64,000 nucleotides of DNA from a virus. The position numbers and the translations under genes are program-made. Each line of letters opens with the position of its first letter. Positions within the stretch are counted from its first letter, which is position 1. The notes beneath the pieces are model-generated. The model worked only from the letters and a program-made list of their open reading frames with translations, ran no database searches and was not told the DNA's origin. Below are positions 61,013 through 64,000 of this stretch, one piece after another. The stretch spans positions 64,001 to 128,000 of IMG/VR virus record IMGVR_UViG_3300045988_160113, one strand, 5' to 3'.

Positions 61013-61087
61013 AGAGGATTAGTGGACCAGTGGACACGCTCGGCTTTGACCCGAGAGAAAGACGGCCAGCACGTCTATCCTCTGCCA
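61013..61087 (+). tRNA. tRNA-like gene with UUG (Gln) anticodon and non-canonical T-loop
   Basis: AGAGGAT/ATCCTCT acceptor, G73, CCA; CTCGG-CTTTGAC-CCGAG; T arm AGACG-GCCAGCA-CGTCT lacks TTC. Confidence 0.5.
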
Positions 61088-61111
61088 TAATAATTTTATA
61101 AGAAGGGAGAT

Positions 61112-61753
61112 ATGAACGGTTATATTTATAAAATTACTAACGATATAAATGATAAAGTATATATCGGAAAAACATTATTGAATATTGAAAAAAGATTTCT
61201 TCAACATAAAAACGATAGTCGGAGAATTAGATTAGAAGTTCGTCCATTATACCGAGCAATAAAAAAATATGGATGTGAACATTTTTATGTTGAATTAGTA
61301 GAAGAATGCCCAATAAAAGAATTATCTAATAGAGAAATTTATTGGATTGATTTTTATGATTCATATAAAAATGGATATAATGCTACTATGGGTGGAGAAG
61401 GTAAACAATTTTATGATTATGACATTATCGTAAGTGAATTTTTATCTGGTAAAACAACAAAAGAAATAATGAATGATTTGGGTTGTTGTATTGAAACTGT
61501 ACGTAATGCTTTACATTTAGCAAATATAGATATAAATACAAATAATTATAAAAAGTATCAAAAGAATTTTGTAGCAAAGGATAAAGACAAAAAAATTGTT
61601 CAAAATTTTTTGACTAAAAGAGAAGCCGCAGAATGGCTAATCAAAAATGGTTATTCCAAAACCGATAACATTAAAAGTATTACAAGTGTAATTGGCCGAG
61701 TATTGAATGGTCAGCGAGAAAAAGCTTATCATTTTTATTGGGAGTATACTTAG
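61112..61753 (+). CDS. GIY-YIG homing endonuclease
   Basis: NGYIYKITNDINDKVYIGKTLLNIEKRFLQHK...IYWIDFYDSYKNGYNATMGG. Confidence 0.85.
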   Translation: MNGYIYKITNDINDKVYIGKTLLNIEKRFLQHKNDSRRIRLEVRPLYRAIKKYGCEHFYVELVEECPIKELSNREIYWIDFYDSYKNGYNATMGGEGKQFYDYDIIVSEFLSGKTTKEIMNDLGCCIETVRNALHLANIDINTNNYKKYQKNFVAKDKDKKIVQNFLTKREAAEWLIKNGYSKTDNIKSITSVIGRVLNGQREKAYHFYWEYT

Positions 61754-61804
61754 TTTATCAAATCTACCTGCGCCGCCATAAGAATTTATAAAGGAGAATT
61801 ATCT

Positions 61805-61927
61805 ATGAATTTTCGTACTTACGACCATTATCTCAATCGTATTTCTAAGCTAATGTCTAAGGGTGATACTAATAAGCGTCTGGTCAATAAGACCAAGCGT
61901 CGTCTGAACCAGATGAAGGAGAAGTAA
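61805..61927 (+). CDS. hypothetical small basic protein (40 aa)
   Basis: ATG after AAGGAG; TAATG overlap with the next gene. Confidence 0.4.
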   Translation: MNFRTYDHYLNRISKLMSKGDTNKRLVNKTKRRLNQMKEK

Positions 61928-62199
61928 TGAAGAAGGTATTTATGTTTTGTCTTGCGCTGGTTATGTGCTTGGTGATTACTGCTTGTAATGGTCATAACAG
62001 TATTGGTGCTGATGCCGACGCGGCCATTCCAGTCTTTACCGACACCGGTATTCGAGTGAAGAATCATCAGGACCGTGTGTATAGTATTGTCAAAGATACG
62101 AATGGTTTTCTTTATTATTGCTCCGATGTAGAAGGTACTCTTGCTCCTGTTTATAGTGAGTATGGGCTTCCTACTAAAGATATGGATATGTTTGATTGA
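61927..62199 (+). CDS. lipoprotein
   Basis: Signal peptide with lipobox MKKVFMFCLALVMCLVITAC. Confidence 0.65.
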   Translation: MKKVFMFCLALVMCLVITACNGHNSIGADADAAIPVFTDTGIRVKNHQDRVYSIVKDTNGFLYYCSDVEGTLAPVYSEYGLPTKDMDMFD

Positions 62200-62203
62200 T
62201 AGC

Positions 62204-62237
62204 CGCGCCGTGAGAGACGATGTTCTTTCACGGCGCG
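62204..62237 (+). terminator. GC-rich stem-loop (possible terminator)
   Basis: CGCGCCGTGA-14 nt-TCACGGCGCG; weak U-tract. Confidence 0.45.
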
Positions 62238-62295
62238 TGGTCTATAAATTGGTAGGAAAATAGGCTGCGCGAAGAGTGAGAAGATATAATGAAAT

Positions 62296-62324
62296 TTGAA
62301 AATTTGTTATAGTTATGATATAAT
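62296..62324 (+). promoter_or_regulatory. promoter cassette
   Basis: TTGAAA, 17 bp, TGATATAAT; leader TATTATAGAAAGTGAGGGAG. Confidence 0.65.
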
Positions 62325-62348
62325 TATTATAGAAAGTGAGGGAGAGTA

Positions 62349-62564
62349 ATGAATAAACAGTATATTGACCATATAGTTTTTTGGGGTAAGCAATGCGCTA
62401 CAATGAACAAAATTCAGGAAGCAAGAATTGCCTTACTTGATGAAATTATTTTCTATAATGATATGGTAGTTATTCTTTACGACTATGACCCTCGTGCAGC
62501 ACAGGAGTTATATTGGAAAACGCATAATATTTTTATTACCAATTTTCCAAAGGAGGAAGAATAA
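62349..62564 (+). CDS. hypothetical protein (paralog of the next gene)
   Basis: ...EIIFYNDMVVILYDYDPRAAQELYWKTHNIFITNFP aligns with 62566-62811. Confidence 0.55.
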   Translation: MNKQYIDHIVFWGKQCATMNKIQEARIALLDEIIFYNDMVVILYDYDPRAAQELYWKTHNIFITNFPKEEE

Positions 62565-62565
62565 T

Positions 62566-62811
62566 ATGAAACGTGACCTTTATCTTGATTATCTTATTCG
62601 TTGGAACAAGGCAGATAAAATTGCTCTTAGAGTGAATGAAGCAGAACAAAAGTTTCTTGAAGAAGTTCTTTTTTGGAATAGACTGGGTATGATTTTATGT
62701 TCTTGTGATTTGAAAACTTCAAGAGAACTTAATGATTGGGTTGGTAACGTTCTCTTTACCAACTATCCTGAGTATTGCGATAAACTTTCGGAGTATCATA
62801 ATGCTGACTAA
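62566..62811 (+). CDS. hypothetical protein (paralog of the previous gene)
   Basis: ATG 62566 after AGGAGG; ...EVLFWNRLGMILCSCDLKTSRELNDWVGNVLFTNYP. Confidence 0.55.
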   Translation: MKRDLYLDYLIRWNKADKIALRVNEAEQKFLEEVLFWNRLGMILCSCDLKTSRELNDWVGNVLFTNYPEYCDKLSEYHNAD

Positions 62812-63214
62812 ATCGCAACGTGCTTATTTTCGTGCTGCGCGCGCAGTGAGTGAATTGTCAGATTATCCGCGACATCATCTTGGTTGTGTGATTGTTGATA
62901 AACATAGAATTGTATCGAGTGGATATAACAGTAATACAAAATGTGATTCTATTCAGGCAAAAATGGATATTGAAAGACACGGAGTATTCTGTCCTGGTAA
63001 AGTTCACGCTGAATGCGCGGCGTTGATGCCGATTTTGAAGAATAAGATAAGTTTGAGTAATGCTGAACTTTATGTGTATAGAGAACATAAAAATGGAAGT
63101 TTGGCTATGAGTAGACCTTGTCCTAGTTGTATGAAGTTGATTAGAAAATGCGGAATTAGATATATCAATTATACAACTGAAGATGGATATGCGTTTGAGA
63201 CATTGGAGGTTTGA
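62801..63214 (+). CDS. dCMP (deoxycytidylate) deaminase
   Basis: HAECAAL and PCPSCMKLI zinc-binding motifs; ATG 62801. Confidence 0.85.
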   Translation: MLTKSQRAYFRAARAVSELSDYPRHHLGCVIVDKHRIVSSGYNSNTKCDSIQAKMDIERHGVFCPGKVHAECAALMPILKNKISLSNAELYVYREHKNGSLAMSRPCPSCMKLIRKCGIRYINYTTEDGYAFETLEV

Positions 63215-63426
63215 GTATGGATTGTGGGTATGGACATGGAGAATGTAAAGCTCCAGATACACAATGCCCTCATTGGCAAGGAACTTTTTGTGAGTTAGAC
63301 CAAGGACCGATTATGCGCGACTGTCACAAGTGTGTTTATGAAGGTGCTTATGGTGGTTGTCATGAAAGTCCACTTGGTTGTAAGAAATATAAACGTGATG
63401 CTCCTGATGGAGGGTATTATGGATAA
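63211..63426 (+). CDS. small Cys/His-rich protein
   Basis: 71 aa; multiple C/H clusters. Confidence 0.5.
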   Translation: MSMDCGYGHGECKAPDTQCPHWQGTFCELDQGPIMRDCHKCVYEGAYGGCHESPLGCKKYKRDAPDGGYYG

Positions 63427-63432
63427 TTTAGA

Positions 63433-63486
63433 GTTGCTAAAGTTTTGTTCTGCGCGCGGAGTGAAAGTTTAGCAACTTTCTTTTTA
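63433..63486 (+). terminator. intrinsic terminator with GCGCGC in the loop
   Basis: GTTGCTAAA...TTTAGCAAC followed by TTTCTTTTT. Confidence 0.65.
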
Positions 63487-63490
63487 TAAT

Positions 63491-63519
63491 TTGAAATTTT
63501 CAGAAATATATGGTATAAT
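63491..63519 (+). promoter_or_regulatory. promoter cassette
   Basis: TTGAAA, 17 bp, TGGTATAAT; leader ATATATAGAAAATGAGAGAGG. Confidence 0.65.
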
Positions 63520-63550
63520 ATATATAGAAAATGAGAGAGGGGAATTGATT

Positions 63551-63850
63551 ATGAAATATATTATTCGTGATACCTCTACTTATCCTTGGTTTTCGTTTTG
63601 TGTTTGTTCTACTGAATCTGATGCTGAGGAAATGGTACTTGCGCTGAGTGAAGAAGAACTTTACCAGGCTTGGTTTTCTTATACTCAGATAAAGGAAGAT
63701 GATGAACCTGATTTTTGGGAAAATATTAGGATTTATAAAGAGCGCTGTTTCGCGGCTGGTAATACAGTTATTTATAAGACCTTGTTTTGTTTAGCAATTT
63801 ATTGTGATACTCCCAATGGTTGGGACTACATGGAAATTGAGGAGGTTTGA
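63551..63850 (+). CDS. hypothetical protein
   Basis: ATG 63551 directly after the cassette leader. Confidence 0.55.
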   Translation: MKYIIRDTSTYPWFSFCVCSTESDAEEMVLALSEEELYQAWFSYTQIKEDDEPDFWENIRIYKERCFAAGNTVIYKTLFCLAIYCDTPNGWDYMEIEEV

Positions 63851-63852
63851 GT

Positions 63853-64000
63853 ATGAAATATGCAATTTACGCTGGTTTGGGTGGTAGTTTTGGTGGAGCT
63901 ACTTTTCAGTATGTAGATGATTTTAACACTGAAGAAGATGCTCTGGATACTGCATATTTGCTTGCAGTCCAGGAATACGAAAGTTATGAAGGTCTTCATG
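63853..64000 (+). CDS. hypothetical protein (5' fragment, runs off the window)
   Basis: ATG after GGAGG; open to the window end. Confidence 0.45.
   Translation, partial: MKYAIYAGLGGSFGGATFQYVDDFNTEEDALDTAYLLAVQEYESYEGLH

Noticed and set aside
1-64000. Alternative genetic code (stop-codon reassignment), as seen in some large gut phages
   Set aside because: Genes are long and contiguous under the standard code, with normal TAA/TAG/TGA ends and tight start-stop overlaps. No suppressor-type tRNA (CUA/UCA/UUA) was found. The one in-frame TAG (55581) is followed by further stops and fits a frameshift instead.

Overview
AT-rich double-stranded DNA phage segment (about one-third GC by eye) with Firmicutes-style signals: TTGACT-17-TATAAT promoters and strong AGGAGG ribosome-binding sites. 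No rRNA, CRISPR array, integrase or transposase was seen.

Layout:
- 1-14606, almost all minus strand: replication and nucleotide metabolism. It holds type IIA topoisomerase subunits A and B (B is split by a group I intron carrying a GIY-YIG gene), an SF1 helicase, an ATP-dependent ligase, RNase H, a P-loop kinase and several homing-endonuclease-like genes.
- About 14607-14806: divergent switch region.
- 14807-64000, plus strand: a tail-fibre block with several receptor-binding paralogs; a complete diversity-generating retroelement (DGR: target/VR, Avd, TR, RT) at 24.5-27.2 kb; a GC-rich mosaic fibre island at about 27.4-30.1 kb; a lysis cassette at 30.7-33.4 kb; then many small genes, each behind a near-identical promoter-leader cassette.
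- Interspersed in the plus-strand arm: tRNA genes (36.3, 38.2-39.8, 60-61 kb), more GIY-YIG/HNH endonuclease genes, ClpP-like and PhoH-like genes, an RNA-repair-like set (RNA ligase, nucleotidyltransferase, phosphoesterase, kinase) and a dCMP deaminase.

Most unusual observations:
1. Very strong over-representation of the palindrome GCGCGC, often as CTGCGCGCAG, placed in all three reading frames and in noncoding DNA.
2. Six tandem covarying hairpins at 41793-42234.
3. Two ORF-free, GC-enriched, apparently highly structured regions of about 1.3-1.5 kb (43.06-44.39 kb and 58.27-59.75 kb). They share a motif and contain tRNA-like modules.
4. A tRNA-Gln(UUG) gene split by a 738-bp HNH-endonuclease insertion with no obvious group I core.
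5. The DGR together with an adjacent foreign GC-rich fibre module that carries a second VR-like lectin-fold tail.

All calls rest on reading the sequence and motif recognition. No database search was run.
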